From Amphiscolops sp. MND2022 (taxonomy: Eukaryota), in NCBI GenBank assembly GCA_964187785.1, contig OZ076415.1, positions 49,662,001 to 49,726,000 of the forward strand: 64,000 nt of DNA, in the 5' to 3' direction. The notes under the pieces were generated by a model. It was not told the origin of the DNA. It worked only from the letters and a program-made list of their open reading frames with translations, and made no database searches. This document shows, one piece after another, positions 37,800 through 51,500 of this stretch; positions within the stretch are counted from its first letter, which is position 1, and every line of letters begins with the position of its first letter. The position numbers were made by a program, and so were the translations under genes.

Positions 37800-40700
37800 C
37801 AAAATGCCTTCTACAAGGAACCGAAAGGGAAAGAAGAAGCGTACCACGCAGTTAAACGTAATAAAGTTCAGTAGACTTTCACATGTGACCAAAATTACGA
37901 CAGTTAGTATGTTCAAGATTATTGCTACCAGTTCAACGTACAACTCTATTGAAAATCTTCTAATCGGTTTGCGCAAGCAGCTACGAGAACGCCGGTCTCG
38001 GCTTTAGCCTAAATCCAGAGATATTGAACAAGTAAAAGAGTTGTAAAGCTATCTCAACTGAAAAAACTGGGGAACGCAAGGAACATCCTGTGTCACAATC
38101 AAAGTAACAATACTATCACACCACACAGAATAAATATCAATCTCAAAAAGTGACTCAGCTGTGGGTTCACTGAGAAGTCTCCGAAACTTGTTCCGGCATA
38201 GTATTTTGTCAACGTTCGTGCGCGCCGAATATCTTTGAAGGCCTGAGACCACTGGACAGCCCAATCAAGGCTGATATGTTGAGCAAGTCCGAGCAAAACA
38301 AAGCTTTGCATCAACACCGCGATCTCAATTTGAGATCTTTTGATGTAGTCCTTCATTACTACCCGACCTTGAGGAAGATCTTGGAAACAAGAGGCAGCAA
38401 GCAAAAAACTCACAAACAGCGCAGAGAAGCTACGCGAAAAAAGAAGACCACTAAAGTTCAAATGAGTTTTCGGGTTGAAGCAGCTTCGGCCAAGTTTGAG
38501 CAAAATCGCACATAGTTGTCAGAACGTATGGAAACCTCAGACCCGTCGCGGCGTAAAAACTGAGAGCGAATCTGCTAGTATTTAAGCCAATGAAAATACT
38601 TTAGCAATGAACATCTATTTGGATACGTCAACAAATGAAACTGAACCAAAACTCCCTAACTAGTTGTTGGAAAACCCGAGGCTACTTACGACTAACCCGT
38701 CGCAAACGATTCACTACCCGGATCTTTGTGGCCCTAATGAAGTGACTAAGACTGAGGAACTTCCAAATTGGACCTGGGGGCATGATTACTGGAGCTCCAG
38801 TCGAAGTCAGTGAACAACGCGTGGTGATCCACAAAAACACCGACGTCACGTCAAAAATTTCTCAACTTGAAGGCTGAAATTTCACAAAAGATCCGCTGAT
38901 AATGTCCGAGCACAGAAATCAGAATACGAACTCGGCTGTCGAACGACATAGTTCGAGCCAGACATTTTTCCACGTTGAATGTAGAATGGCAGCTTCTCTC
39001 AATGTGTAGTAATTCCACTATCATTAAACTTAGGGAGCTCAAGTTCCAGCTGATACGGTTCGAAAACTTTTCCATCGCAACCTTTGACCTGGTGACGATC
39101 TATGTTGGTGACTGGATCTGTAGCGGAAAGTTGCTCATAGCGCCACCGTTGATCATCACAGCAAATGTTTGGTGGAGTGATGACGTAACTTTTTTCGTGT
39201 ATCTCGGCCACAGATGGAAAAACTGCCTTTACAACTTCGCAAATAAAGAGTGTAGTGATTCTTAGGGGCCCCGAACCAAACGTGTTAGTCCTTTCCATAC
39301 CTTTGAGATACTACTCTTTCAATATCTCACATGATCTCGTCATCCTTCGTATAGTTCCGGCCTCTCGTGATGATGATTTTATTTGGGTTTTGTTTTTCTT
39401 ACCACCCTTCTGCTTTTCACTGATTGCCTCCATATTGAGCGAAACCAATGTTTGAGCGGCGCCAGGACAACTGTCAGAGCCGTGTGGAAGGTCCTGGGAC
39501 TATACATCTGTGCGACTACAGCCATCAGGTTCGGAAGGAGGAGGGACCAACTCATGCCTGAATGCTCATAGGCGTAACCTATGCTCTCAAGGTGGACGTC
39601 ACTGCGGATAGCAAAGCTGGTGTCGCGTGCCGCATCTGGCGCATCGCCGAATGAAGACTCGTTATCAATAAAACAGTTGTTTTCCCGGAACAGCGTTTGC
39701 TCCCAGACTCCTTAGGGGCTGGGATTAATTCAGGCTCAATTGACATGCCATTTGTATCTAATTTTCCGTGTTTTTAAAAATTCCACATTTTGCTTCCATT
39801 TGATGAGTTTTGCAGTTTCGTCAGCGACAACCCAAAGCATTTGACTGATCTGGTTTTCACTCACGCCGATGGTGGGATGGCGTGGGTGTCAGCTGAATGG
39901 TATTGCCTCAGTGAAATTGCACTTCAATAACGCCCTGCTACTTCCAGTCAACTGCTCGGTCCTTTCTCTGGGCTCAACGAAATCAGCAGAGTTTACACTT
40001 GCAGTGTCGCCAACCTCAAAACAGTTGGTCTTGGTCGGGGACGATAGGGCTTCAGCCAAAATTGATTGATGGGGTCCAGATGATTCAGGCTCAGTGTCGC
40101 TAGGCTCCGTATCTACTGTGGCCAATTGGAGTGTCCCTCTGTCGATAAACGTCTCGCACTCTTCAGTGGAAGACCATTCAAGGTTTGCTGGGATCACTGA
40201 ACTGGGGTGGTTAAAAATTCCTTGGCTTGTCAGCGTACCTGATGTTTAGCTTCTGAATCTTCGCTTGGACAGGACAAGAGGCAGATCTGTGCGGGCAGAA
40301 GAGAGAATTGAAGTCTGATCGGGGAAAGAAACTGTAGGAGGTGACACGGTAACATTAAGTCTAAACGAGAGGCCCGGTTGTTATAAAAGGAAATGTCAAT
40401 TGAGAACAGTGGCAAGTTTTCTTTGTCGGTTGCGGGCGCTCAGTCCCTGGTATGGAGGTCTGTATCGTGCCTAATTACTTCACCTTTCAGCTGAAAGAAG
40501 TGCCAGTTTCCGTCGGATCCACTGCTTTCGGCGCTGACAACTAGCGTAGCCGGACAAATATCTCGAGTTGTCTGTAGTCGAATGGACAGACAGTTATCTC
40601 AATCGCCCTCGGCGTGCTTTATGAATTTTCTGGCTGCGTTGGATAGACAAAGGGGGCACGTTTAGTACTGTCCTCTTCCTCTACCTCACTACGATTAGGT

Positions 40701-41050
40701 TGGTCTGATTTTTGCCAATTTGTGAAGGAATAATTCGATGTGGTTCACTTCGTGATTATGAATCCATTTTGTCAAACTTTGAAAACATTCCCGGAAGCGT
40801 TTAACGTAGACATTTCACAATAGAGGAAGTAACTTTTAGTCAGAGTTAAAACCCTGATCAAGTCTACACAGTCCTTGACAAACTAAAAAGAACCAACCCG
40901 AGGCTGTTTTTACGACTGGATAGCATAATTGATGTGGCTCGTGCGTTTGATTAGAGTTCGTAGCTGCTAGATGGATGTCAGGGCGACAACAAATCGGTAA
41001 CAAATACTTTTTCGGAAACCTCTTAATTGAGACTTCCCAGCAGTAAAAGT
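37800..41050. pseudogene. Decayed coding-like tract of unknown origin; candidate RNA-virus polymerase remnant, coding strand unresolved
   Basis: GC-richer than flanks; stop-free runs of 100-140 codons on both strands; no TE motifs; only weak RdRp-like motifs. Confidence 0.35.
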
Positions 41051-41700
41051 ATTGGTTAATAGTTCAAATGAATGGATGAATGATTCTCGGACCTATAAAG
41101 ACTGGGTTGAATATATGACAAGGATGACATAACGGATGAAGGTGATTTAGAGTTTGTGCAACTAAAAACAGTACTCCTTTACAAATGCTGGCATACAAGT
41201 AGTAAAATATTCCTACTTTATTCTGAGACCAACAGTACTGGTAACTGAACGAGATTATTATTGATATCAACAGCTGAACATTCATTCCTTACCAACAAGG
41301 TGGACGTCGTGGCTACATGAAACTTACCTTAGTTAGCATTAGACACCTCTTTGGCTTCCTAAATAATTATTACTTAATCATATTGCCGTTCTTAAGTCAT
41401 GGAGTGTGCCATTGAAAAGCGCAAAACACACCACCGAATCGTTTCATCACCCGGGATCAACCCAGATTTCATTTGTTATTTTTTATTTCAGCCATATTTA
41501 CTCATTTTCGATAGTACTTTCTCAACTCAATTAACAATTGAATCTGATTAGCTAGCATTTTTGCTGTAGTCAAGCGGACCAAAGGTCATTTACTCTAGCG
41601 ATGGTAAACACTTTTGCGGCCTATTAATTTTGTTGTTAGCAAAGTGATTTCAAGTGGCGATTGACGAACTATTTATCATGGATGAAGGTAATTTATCGGA

Positions 41701-42720
41701 GTAGACACAATCAGGGAAGTTAACGGCAAAGTTTTGAGGTAATTGAGGGAGTTCCCCGGTTCTTCTTCACGCAAAGATTGAGATGGAACAAAAGGTCTTT
41801 CGGACTACACCAAGTCATTCTATCAGTTTTATCAGTAGCATTCAGCCGCATTGCTAAGAAATTTTTCATTGAGCGATATCGGAGCAAAATGTCACTTTAA
41901 AATGATATAGTCGATTAATCACGCCCCTTGTCCAGTATTGCCTACCAATCTTCGCTACCTTCAACGGGCGACAGAAGCGATCCAAACGGGTGTCACAGCG
42001 ATTAAGAGGTAATGGCCTGCTACATGAAAATACAGGTGTTCCCTTCTCAACTAATTGCAAGAAGAGCTGTTGGCACAATGTATAAATGACCTTAGTTTGC
42101 CGAGATTTTATTTTGCTGGATCAATGGACGCAGCCTCAGAGCCGTCTATTGGTATGGTCGGGTGGTTAGTGGAAAATTGTTCCACCAATTCATACTCCGC
42201 AGTTGATCCTTATTACATTATGGCACAAGGCAAAATGTAGTCAGTTCGAGCCAATACCTGCGTCACCCATGTCATCCCCGCTAGCCAATCAACGACCTTC
42301 AATCGACTTCTAAGATGTCAGAAGACGAAAACAACCAGTGGGTGGGAAATCAACACATTATAGGATTCGGGTAAGTGCCAATGGAATGCGTGGACAGCCT
42401 AACGAAGTTTACCACGAGGACTGCGTAGTCTGCGGGAAATCAATCATAACGATCAAAGAAGAGATCACGTTGAGCTATATGGAGAGCACTCACGTGGAAG
42501 GGAGTCGTACAGAGAAGGAATGGGAAAGCGCAACGCGTTCCAATCTGGAAGGAAAGCTGGTACTTTCATGCTTGTACCCATGGGATTGTCACAAGGTACC
42601 TCTTGTGACGGTAATTTGTACCAGATCAACCAGCACGGAGACGAACTGTCCCCCTCCACTGAGTGTCCTGTCAAACTAGAAAAATGGGACCTATTGTCAG
42701 ATTGACTACAGGACATATTA
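41701..42720 (+). pseudogene. Decayed single-frame ORF of about 340 codons, product unknown
   Basis: Track ORFs 42055-42240 and 42520-42705 share a frame; 42055-42720 has 4 stops in about 220 codons and reads as continuous protein. Confidence 0.5.
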
Positions 42721-43159
42721 TTAGGGAAACTAATCTCATAATCATGAACACTTTATATTTATACAAACGTATGATTCTTCAATTATGAAGTAGTTAATGT
42801 CGGTGTTCACATGCTTAAGCGATTATTTAACCTTGCATTGCACCGTTCAAATTATGTTGCAGTAAAGACAGCAAATTTAGAAACACAACAGTGCTACTTT
42901 AAATCGAAAAAGAAAGCGTTCAACAGGTACTCTTCTGTAGTCCGGTTGAGGCGTTGTCCGTAACTACAATTACCCAATCAGATTACTAGAAACAATTCAT
43001 TCATTCTTGCGCTAATCAAACGGACCTTACTTCCTCCTCTTGAATACCGTGAAGGCTATTTATCTTTGATTCAGAAAATGTAGTCGTGTATTCATTTTGT
43101 TTCGATGTTGGTACCTCAAACAAGAATGGTTTCAGATGCCTTTTTATAACACTTTAGGG

Positions 43160-44000
43160 TGTGACGTAATGTATCGTCATAATTATAATCTATCTATGGT
43201 CTTGGTGCCCTAATGGGTATGAATTTCTAGATCCATGACACCCCAATTCAGGTGTATCGTGGTCAGTTGAGTATAAATAGAGCCAACTCAATAACAAATC
43301 ATAATCTCTTAACATAATCAATAACAAATTATAATAACAAATCATAACAAAATCAAATCAATAACTCAAAACTCAATCTTACCACATCTTATCGAACCTG
43401 CAATAATTACCACATTTCTGTTGCATACTTTGATCTTTGACCAACTCTGTTTTGAATGTCCTCCGTGTTTGTAAGGCCCTTAACTGGAAAGCAACAAGCT
43501 GAAGAGAAGCTATCTAGACAACCGGACAGGAAGTTTGATTTTGAAAATATGGATGTAATGTTGGGAAAATACACTGAGAACGAGTTCCAATGCAGTATTG
43601 GCGGGCTAGGAAGCGGGTTAAATGCAAAATCGGACCTTCAGTCCGTTGCACTACACAGGAACCCCAAAGGCATACTGACGAATAAAAACACCCCAAAATG
43701 GATGGACACAGGGTGAATCTTAATCACAACGTTAGGGAAAGTCATGTAGACTCAAATACTTGTGAGAGAGATTGCGACACCTTATCGCAACAACAATTAA
43801 CTTGTATTGAAGAAGTTATTGTACGTCTCAAATATGTTCGAGAAGATTTCCTTCCATTCAATCTCGCAGCCATCTTCCAATTTTCTTCAATGAAACCATT
43901 GTTGACAGTACTACTCTTTAAAATAATTTTCTGATATAGACCACCTTCCCAAACTATTCGAATCAACAATATGCTTCAAATGAACGGGGTTTTACATACT
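43160..44000 (+). mobile_element. Possible LTR and gag-like 5' fragment of another LTR element
   Basis: TGTGACG start, low-complexity AAC/AAT tract at 43285-43380, then short ORF 43456-43716; no clear PBS. Confidence 0.3.
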
Positions 44001-45885
44001 CCGTCATAACTGACCACTTTCAAATAGAACATCGTTAGTCGTCGAAGGTCGAAATCAATTACGTTCTGGCTAAATACGGTATGACGGATCGATAAAGGTT
44101 TTATCCGAACGTTAGGACGTTGTCCGCCTAAAAACGTTCATATTATAATCACTAAATATTCAACAGAGAAAGTTGTAGTCGAAGTTCTTTTTAATTAGAC
44201 AAAAGTAGACCCTTTCCTGATAGATTTGAAAAATAATTTAACCAAGCTAGAACAGAAATGGTTTTGATCAAACTTTGTATAAAGAAAATATATTTAGCGT
44301 TGGAGAGAGAGAGTTCAAAAACCGAACATTCAATTCTTCAGCATCTTTTAGTGGAACCTAAAAGTGAGTAGTCAATGTTTGTACCTTTTAGAACTTAAGT
44401 ACAAATTCCGATCCTTCGCGTTGGAATATCCAACTTTGAAAGATATAGTAATTGCGGTTTTTCATCAGTTTCCAAGCACAAAAAATTTTATTCCAAAAAC
44501 ATTCCAGTTATACAAATATGGAAAATTTCGCGGGGAATTTCTCTTGAATTTCCTTGATGTTGCTCTGAAAACCCGCCAAATTGTAGAGAAATCCTAATAA
44601 AAACCTGAAGAAATAGCATTGCATCAGGGAAATATTTAGCATTAATGATTCTCTGTGAAACTCTAAAAATCATGCTAAAAGTGCTTGGAAGCCTATGAAA
44701 TCATGCAAAAGTTTCAAGCAGTTTCGACTAAGGATGCCTTCATTAGTTGAACAAACTCCGGGCGTGTATTATCCCGATGGTCGCTCAGTTTGACCCTCAC
44801 AGCTCTCTTAAGTCATATATCGTAAAGTTGTGAGATGATTGTTTCAATCATGGACCTCATACCACGTTTCGTTCTACTTTTTTTCTAAAGTACTTTCATT
44901 CTTTTTACTATACCTTTCCAGACGCCTCTTTTTTCGGAATCTCTCAAACGTTTTTCTCTAGCTAAAAAAATTAAAGAAAGATCGAATTGATGAAAAAAGT
45001 TATCGAAAAAGGACGCACAACGCCGAAAAACCTGATGAGGAACTCCTAACGCTCTGTGAACGCATTGCTCTAGCTGAAAACATTAAGAAACGGAAGGGGA
45101 GACCATTTGGTGAAAATGTTGAAAAAAAGACACTCAGTGCTGAAAAAACACAAACGGGACTCTTTGGTCTCAAAAAGTTTGGAGGGTACGGTAAGTACTA
45201 TGAAAAACTCAAAGGTGGTCCTAGGGTAAAGTCTAAAAAAATTGACCATTCAGTGTGAGGTATGGGGTCTGTCGAAAACAGTTTGCTTCTCTAAGATTCC
45301 GGAACTTTTTGTTACAACAAAAAGCACCGACTAACAATAGCTAAATAGTTCTAAACAAGTATTCCACTGATGGTGAATTCCCAAAACTTCAATTGAGGTT
45401 TTTACCTTGCTGCTCTTTTCAATCAAAGAAAGATCTTCTACTGGGCTGTGCGTCAATGACAAGTTCAAAATTCCTAATCTCTTCCTCAAGTTTAGGAGTC
45501 ACAAAAAAATTGTTAATTATAACCGAAGCACAGTTATTGTCTCTCTTGGGAATGACTTTTGTTCGAAGTTTTTGATTTGTATTGGTCTCATTCAGAATCA
45601 ATCTACTATAACATAGCATTTATGGTTGGTTTCAATCTGTTTGAAGAATGCAAAACATCCTTCGAGCTATATAAGTTTAGGAATTGATTCTTTTCATTGT
45701 TACAGAATGGGACTAACCGAATATGTCAAGTCGCTGCCACTAGTTATGGAAAGATTCCCCCAGTAATTGACCGTGGATCAAATTAACGCAAGATCAACAC
45801 AAGTTCTTTAAAAGCGAACTGCTCGAATTTCCGAATTACTCTTGGCACTAAAGTACTGTAAAGCAAAACTTTAAACAATTCAATT

Positions 45886-46868
45886 ATGCTGCAAACAGTT
45901 CATCACGAGATTGCCAAACTTCGTCATCCAATAGATAGCCGAGAGAATGACATCACAGCCGATCTGCAGTACAGTTTTATCGAATCATTACAAGAGAAAC
46001 CCGAAGTCCTCAACCAATATCACCTTTTGAAACGTTTTCCAAAAGGGATCGTTAAAAACTTCAAACTTTCAGTTTCCATTTATCTTACACTGGATTGCAT
46101 TGTTGGTAGTGAATTCCACCAAAACATACTACTGGCGCTTCAATTCCTTCAAGAAACTTCTGAGTATTCAAAAAAGCTGCGACAAGATATTAGAACGAAA
46201 CTTTTCGGAACGTTCAAGACACGTTTGACAGACATCCGAATTTTGCACCCAAAATTAGAGTCATCTAAAAAACTAAAACCCATTGTAGAAGAAGTTGAAC
46301 TGATGTTGCGAATCGTGGCCAATATTCTGAGAAGATCGGGGCCAAAAGAAGCGAAGTTGTTCAAGAAATGTGAACTTTTCGAAGAAGTTAAAACATGGTC
46401 CAGCTTCAACAACAGCACTGTACAATATCTGGCATGCTTGGTCCTTTTTCATTCACTTAATCAATGGCAGCAGACTCAAATTTTGAGATTTTACAGCTAA
46501 TGTCCCACGGAATCTTTGTAATTTACACTCAAAAACAGATGGACCTTCAGGACAATGTTCGTCATTCACGTACCGTATTTGCGGTCGATTTCTTCTGTTC
46601 GATTCTGCTTTTCTATGTGAGTGTAGCCGTGGCTTCTGGGGCTTCTGGTTTCCTGGGAAATTTCGACAGTTTTCGCATGTATGAGCAGAGACCTATGCTT
46701 CGAGTTTTCCGATACTGTGATCGGAAAGTTTTCCGAAGCTTGGCGATTTTTCGATGTTATCATCAAGCAGGGAAGAAGATTTGTGGAAATTTCACAGCAA
46801 TCAAGACGTCAAGCTACGCATTACCACAGTTTGAATTTGTGAATAGCTTAGTTTTTAGTTTAGAGTAG
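45886..46868 (+). pseudogene. Alpha-helical, ARM/HEAT-like ORF (204 aa), with possible frameshifted continuation 46464-46868
   Basis: Longest ATG-initiated non-TE ORF on the plus strand; amphipathic pattern MLRIVANILRR..LFEEVKTW..VQYLACLVL. Confidence 0.4.
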
Positions 46869-48554
46869 CAAAATAAAGTGCAATTGATACGTATTTTTTA
46901 ACCACGGAAAGTTTTCCAATTGATTAAATTTAAAGTTGTCTTTTATATACTTTAGAAAGTGGTCAAAGTCAGAAGGTGATCATAATGAGCAATACTTACA
47001 CTAGAAAGTTTGAAGAAAATTGATAGAAGACTGTAGAAATTGGATAGAAGGAAATATAGTCAATTATATTTGAGGCTTGCATAATCTACTATACTTAAAA
47101 GTAATTGTTGTTATCATAATTTCGAAGTTTTTGGCAGAGGAAGTTAAAAAGAAAAATGGAAAAATGGAGAAAAATGTAATGCATTTTTTTGAGTTTGCAT
47201 CAAAAAACAGTGTTAGAAAAAAAAACAACTTAACAATCAGAGGTGATTACGCAAAACTGAAGTTCCAAAATTTGTACAAAAAGAAAAACATCTCTACGTT
47301 GGCAAGTGAAAGCGAGCCTTTCTATGTCAAAAATTGGAGTCAGTCATACTTGATTGATACTCTTTCGATAGGATTCAATATCGGTGGAGTGCAATCGTAA
47401 TTTTGTTCGAGTTTTATTCAATCCTTTTCTGCATTCACACTCTTGTATCGAATAAAGTTGAAGCTGTACATTTGAAAGAATGTCAATAAGAGTCTAGAAA
47501 ATGCAAAAACGTTTTCGAAAAGTTTTGCTGCAATTTTTCTGCAATTGTTTTTATGTCTTTATGGGAATGAAAAGGTCGACAGAGGCTGATAAAACAAAAC
47601 TATAAGTCATTTAGCATACGTTTGTCTGAAAAACTATCGATGATTTTTTGTCAAAAACGAGTGAAATGAACCAATTGTGGAAATATTTTCTTTTTGGTCA
47701 TACTTGGCTTAGTGGGTAGAACATTTATTTGGACGCTATCAAGTTCGAACCTTTCACCAATGTTCCGCCGTGAGCAAATCTTTCAGCCTCAGTTCAGTAG
47801 TAATGAAAAACATTTTTTCTGTCGGCGGAAAAAACAAAGATAAAAAGAGGAACGGCAAGCAGTCAGACCTTTCTGACCTTAAGCAAAACACTTCAAAATC
47901 ACAGCTTCGAGACGACCATTGCTTGAGCATTTGGTTGCAATTATAGTACCATACAATGCTATTCGGCGATTGCATCCCACAAAGGAATCGACTTAGCAAA
48001 GTGTAACTGATGACTCGGCTTCCACCCAGTTGAATTGTCGAAAGAACAATCTGTACTCTCTCTTACGAGTGTTTCGTGCAAGGTGAATACATATTTCAGA
48101 TGTTCTTGTGGGATTGTCAGAAGATTTCAACAACACGCAAGAGTTTTTTATAGAAGTTTCTAGAGAAAAACAAAAAGTGTTAGTTTTTGTTCCAATTGTT
48201 GAATTGGGTTTTTCAACGACTTCGAGTTGTTTTAGCCAAATGACGCGAAATTTGTCTGAAAGTTGGCCACTTTGCTTTTCTTGGTAAACAATTAAAAGTT
48301 CGTTTTCTCCAACGTTTCTAAAACGGTCCAAAAATGTTTTCTTAAAATTTTTGATTGGTTTATGCAAGTAATGAAAGCTGAATATTTTCGTTGGCAAGAA
48401 TATCCAATGAATTCGATAAAAACAGTCAAGTTCTTAACGTTTTAAAAATTTAGCTGGAATTTCGTGGCCTTGCCGATGTTCTAGGGAAGTGTCCGTTTGA
48501 TTTTGAGCAACGCGATGTCAGGTACATTAAAGTACGATCTTTATCTGTGTGTTA

Positions 48555-51500
48555 GTGAGTGAAACGTGAACTGAACTAGAAAACATTTGTTTGTAAAGAT
48601 GATGTACCTGCCAACTGCCTCAACCTCAGATTAAACTGAGAAACTTTTGCGATACTTGGAAACTACTTGGAAAAGATCGAGCCACTTGTCCCAGTCCATT
48701 GCAGGGTTAGCCAGTTGGGTCGTTTCAAAACACCGATAGTCCCACGAGATGTACTGATGAAGATGTCTGGTTATTCGGATTTTCAGCTCGCAGCGCCAGG
48801 GAGTAGCAAAATATTGCATTTCAATAACTGAGCTGACGTAGAAGCGAATCAGCAGAATCCAAGGGTTCGTTCAAATGCCCAAAAGCCCAACGACAAATAC
48901 CAAAAACCCAATTTAGACAATTTAATTGATATGGTTGCTGAGAAATGGGATCAAAAAGAACGGGAGGCTTGGTATTCGTCAGTAGATACGACGTACGCGT
49001 ACTGACAATTCCCTTTACATGAAATAAACCAAGAAACATTGTAACTTTCAGATCGTCTGGGGTAATCAACATGAACATATCGCTTTAAAACGGGATGTTA
49101 TGACCTTACAGTGGTGTCAACTGAATTTCGAAAATTATTGGATCTCATTTTGGCAAATATAAACAGTGTACTTGTGTACAAAGATGATATATTGATTGTA
49201 ACTAAAGGAATCAAGCATGACCATTTGAACAAGTGAGAGAAGACTTGAAAATTCTAGATGAAGAGATTTTAAAATTGGAAGCAGAAAAATTCGAAATTGC
49301 CCAGATGGTAAAGAAAGGCGGGGATACAAATTACCGAGGTCTGACATTCTCCCGATAAACGCAAAATCCCAGAGAATAAGCGATATAATGCTACCAGCCA
49401 TTTTGAAACAACTGCGCGCATTTAATCAGTTTATACCAAATATAGCGGCAATAGGTTACCCCCTCAGATCAGTTTCAAAAAAGGACGCAGACTGGATATG
49501 GAACAAAGATCATGAAACAGCAAATGTGAGGATCAACGAGAAATTTGAGAAGGTTGTAGAATTGTCACATTTTGAAAGAAACCGAAAAAATAGATAAATT
49601 TGCGATGCTAGCAAGCAAGGTCTAGGAGCGTTTTTTACAACAAAGTAAGAGTAATGACGAATGGGAACCAATCTGTTTCTCGTTGAATTTTTTTCCTGAA
49701 TTTAAAGCAAAGTACATTGATAATGAACTGGGCTTATTAGCGATATATTAGGCTGCAGAGCATTTTGAAAAATTGGTGTTTGGTGTACAATTTAAAACAA
49801 TTTCTTATCATGAGGCATAATTAGGTCGGTACCAAAACCAAATAGGGGAAACAAGACCTTTTCAAGCAGACTGACAAGATGGGTAGACAGGCTGTTACCA
49901 TTTGATTCCGAAGTGGTACAAGTAGCAGCAGGAAGAAAGCTTGGAATGGAAGGCTACTTATTTAGACACCCCACAGAATAAGAAGGGGCATCAGTAAAGA
50001 CTGGAACCCTGGGGAATAATGGTTCACTGTAAATAGTGTGAACAGCTTAAACAATGTTTTGGAAAAAAAGAAGCGACAGGCGAACAGGTTGAATCTGTGA
50101 AGCGTGCGAATGAACGCAAGACTATCAATCGAATACTTGAAGCGAATGGAAATCGACCAATCAGAAGGCGGGATGTACGCAATTAGCGGGAAACAAGTAA
50201 GAGTCCTTGTAGAACTGCCGAGCGCGTCACAAAAACGAGTCAAAGCTTGTCAATTAGAAATTTGAACGAAAAGTTACTTCTTGCAATTTACGTCGCCCAT
50301 AAAACTTAAGAAAAAACTGTTTCGTTATTCAAAAATCATAACAGAACCGGAGTCAGTCGCTTGTAGTCGACATGGAGAGAAAAGTTTCATTCTTTCTCGA
50401 TGAAAAGCATTTGTTATACATGGACAATCGTCTAGTAATTCCGCAGTCGAAGAGGGCCATGATTATGTGTTCCCTCAATTATGGCCATCCGAGCTGAGAT
50501 TCGATGCTGTTGATGATTGAAGACATTTGGTGGCCGCGTATACACCGCGAGGTTATAGATCAAGCCCGTTTATGCGAGCAGTGTCTACAATCAGGTGAGA
50601 ACTTGAAGTGTATGCTAAGGCAAAAACAAACAAGAAAAATAGCGGAAGTAAATCAGCAAAAGGAAGAAGTAGCACTAGACTTTGACGTCCCGTTCAAAAA
50701 CGCTAAGAAAGGAAAAAAAGTACATGCTGGTCTCAATCGATCATTTTTCAGGCTGGCCTGACGCAAAATTTATATACTGCCCAGCATCGAAGAAAACAGT
50801 TGAGTTTTTAAAACAATATATTGCGCAAAATGGAGTCCCAACTAAAACAAGAGCAGACCCGGGTATAGCTTTTGTAATTGAAGTTTTTGCTCAGTACTGT
50901 AGATAATTTGAGGTTGAACATCTAAAATGCCCGGTAGGAGATCATTGAGGAAATGGAAAAACCGAAGACTAATCAGATCATCAAACGAACGTTTGCGAGC
51001 GAATAAGCAAACAATTCAAACTAGGGACAAATCCGGACTGTCGGAAGTTTTATTTGCGCGAAAGGTGAACAAGAGGATGGTAGGTTTCCGTTTGAGAATT
51101 ATATGGGGAAAGAGCCTAACACAGTGAAGTCTAATCTAGTGAAAAGGCTGTTCGATATTTCAGAACAAGACACCATTCTGGAGTTTCATCAACTGACTTT
51201 CAGAATGAACTCGATTCAACGGTGCTAGTTACAGAAAGAGCCCGTGGCTCAAAACTGGAAAGCACATTCAGTAAAAGGACTGACAAACTGGTGAAAAAAT
51301 CCTCTCACACCATCACGATCATCCCTGAGTCGTCACATACACCAAAGTATATTCGAAGAGAGACGTGGCAATCGCCACAAAAACGCAAAAGGGTGAAGTG
51401 GAAAAGAAGACAAGGCGAAGAGCAGTGATGACAGAAACCAGCAGCTCAAGTGAGAATGAAAGACCAGTGAACAATCGTCAAAAGACGAAGAAGAAGGGAG

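Noticed and set aside
39675-39710. Walker A-like SKRCSGKTT on the minus strand
   Set aside because: It sits in a short frame of about 55 codons with no preceding hydrophobic strand and no Walker B; likely chance
38100-40250. Ambigrammatic narnavirus-like organisation with codon-aligned ORFs on both strands
   Set aside because: Non-aligned frames in 39440-40040 have equally few stops (4 in each frame counted), so general stop-codon scarcity can explain the openness; not supported without a statistical test
40782-40796. AAAACATTCCCGGA match to the leader region near 59826-59840
   Set aside because: Only 14 nt, with no extension on either side
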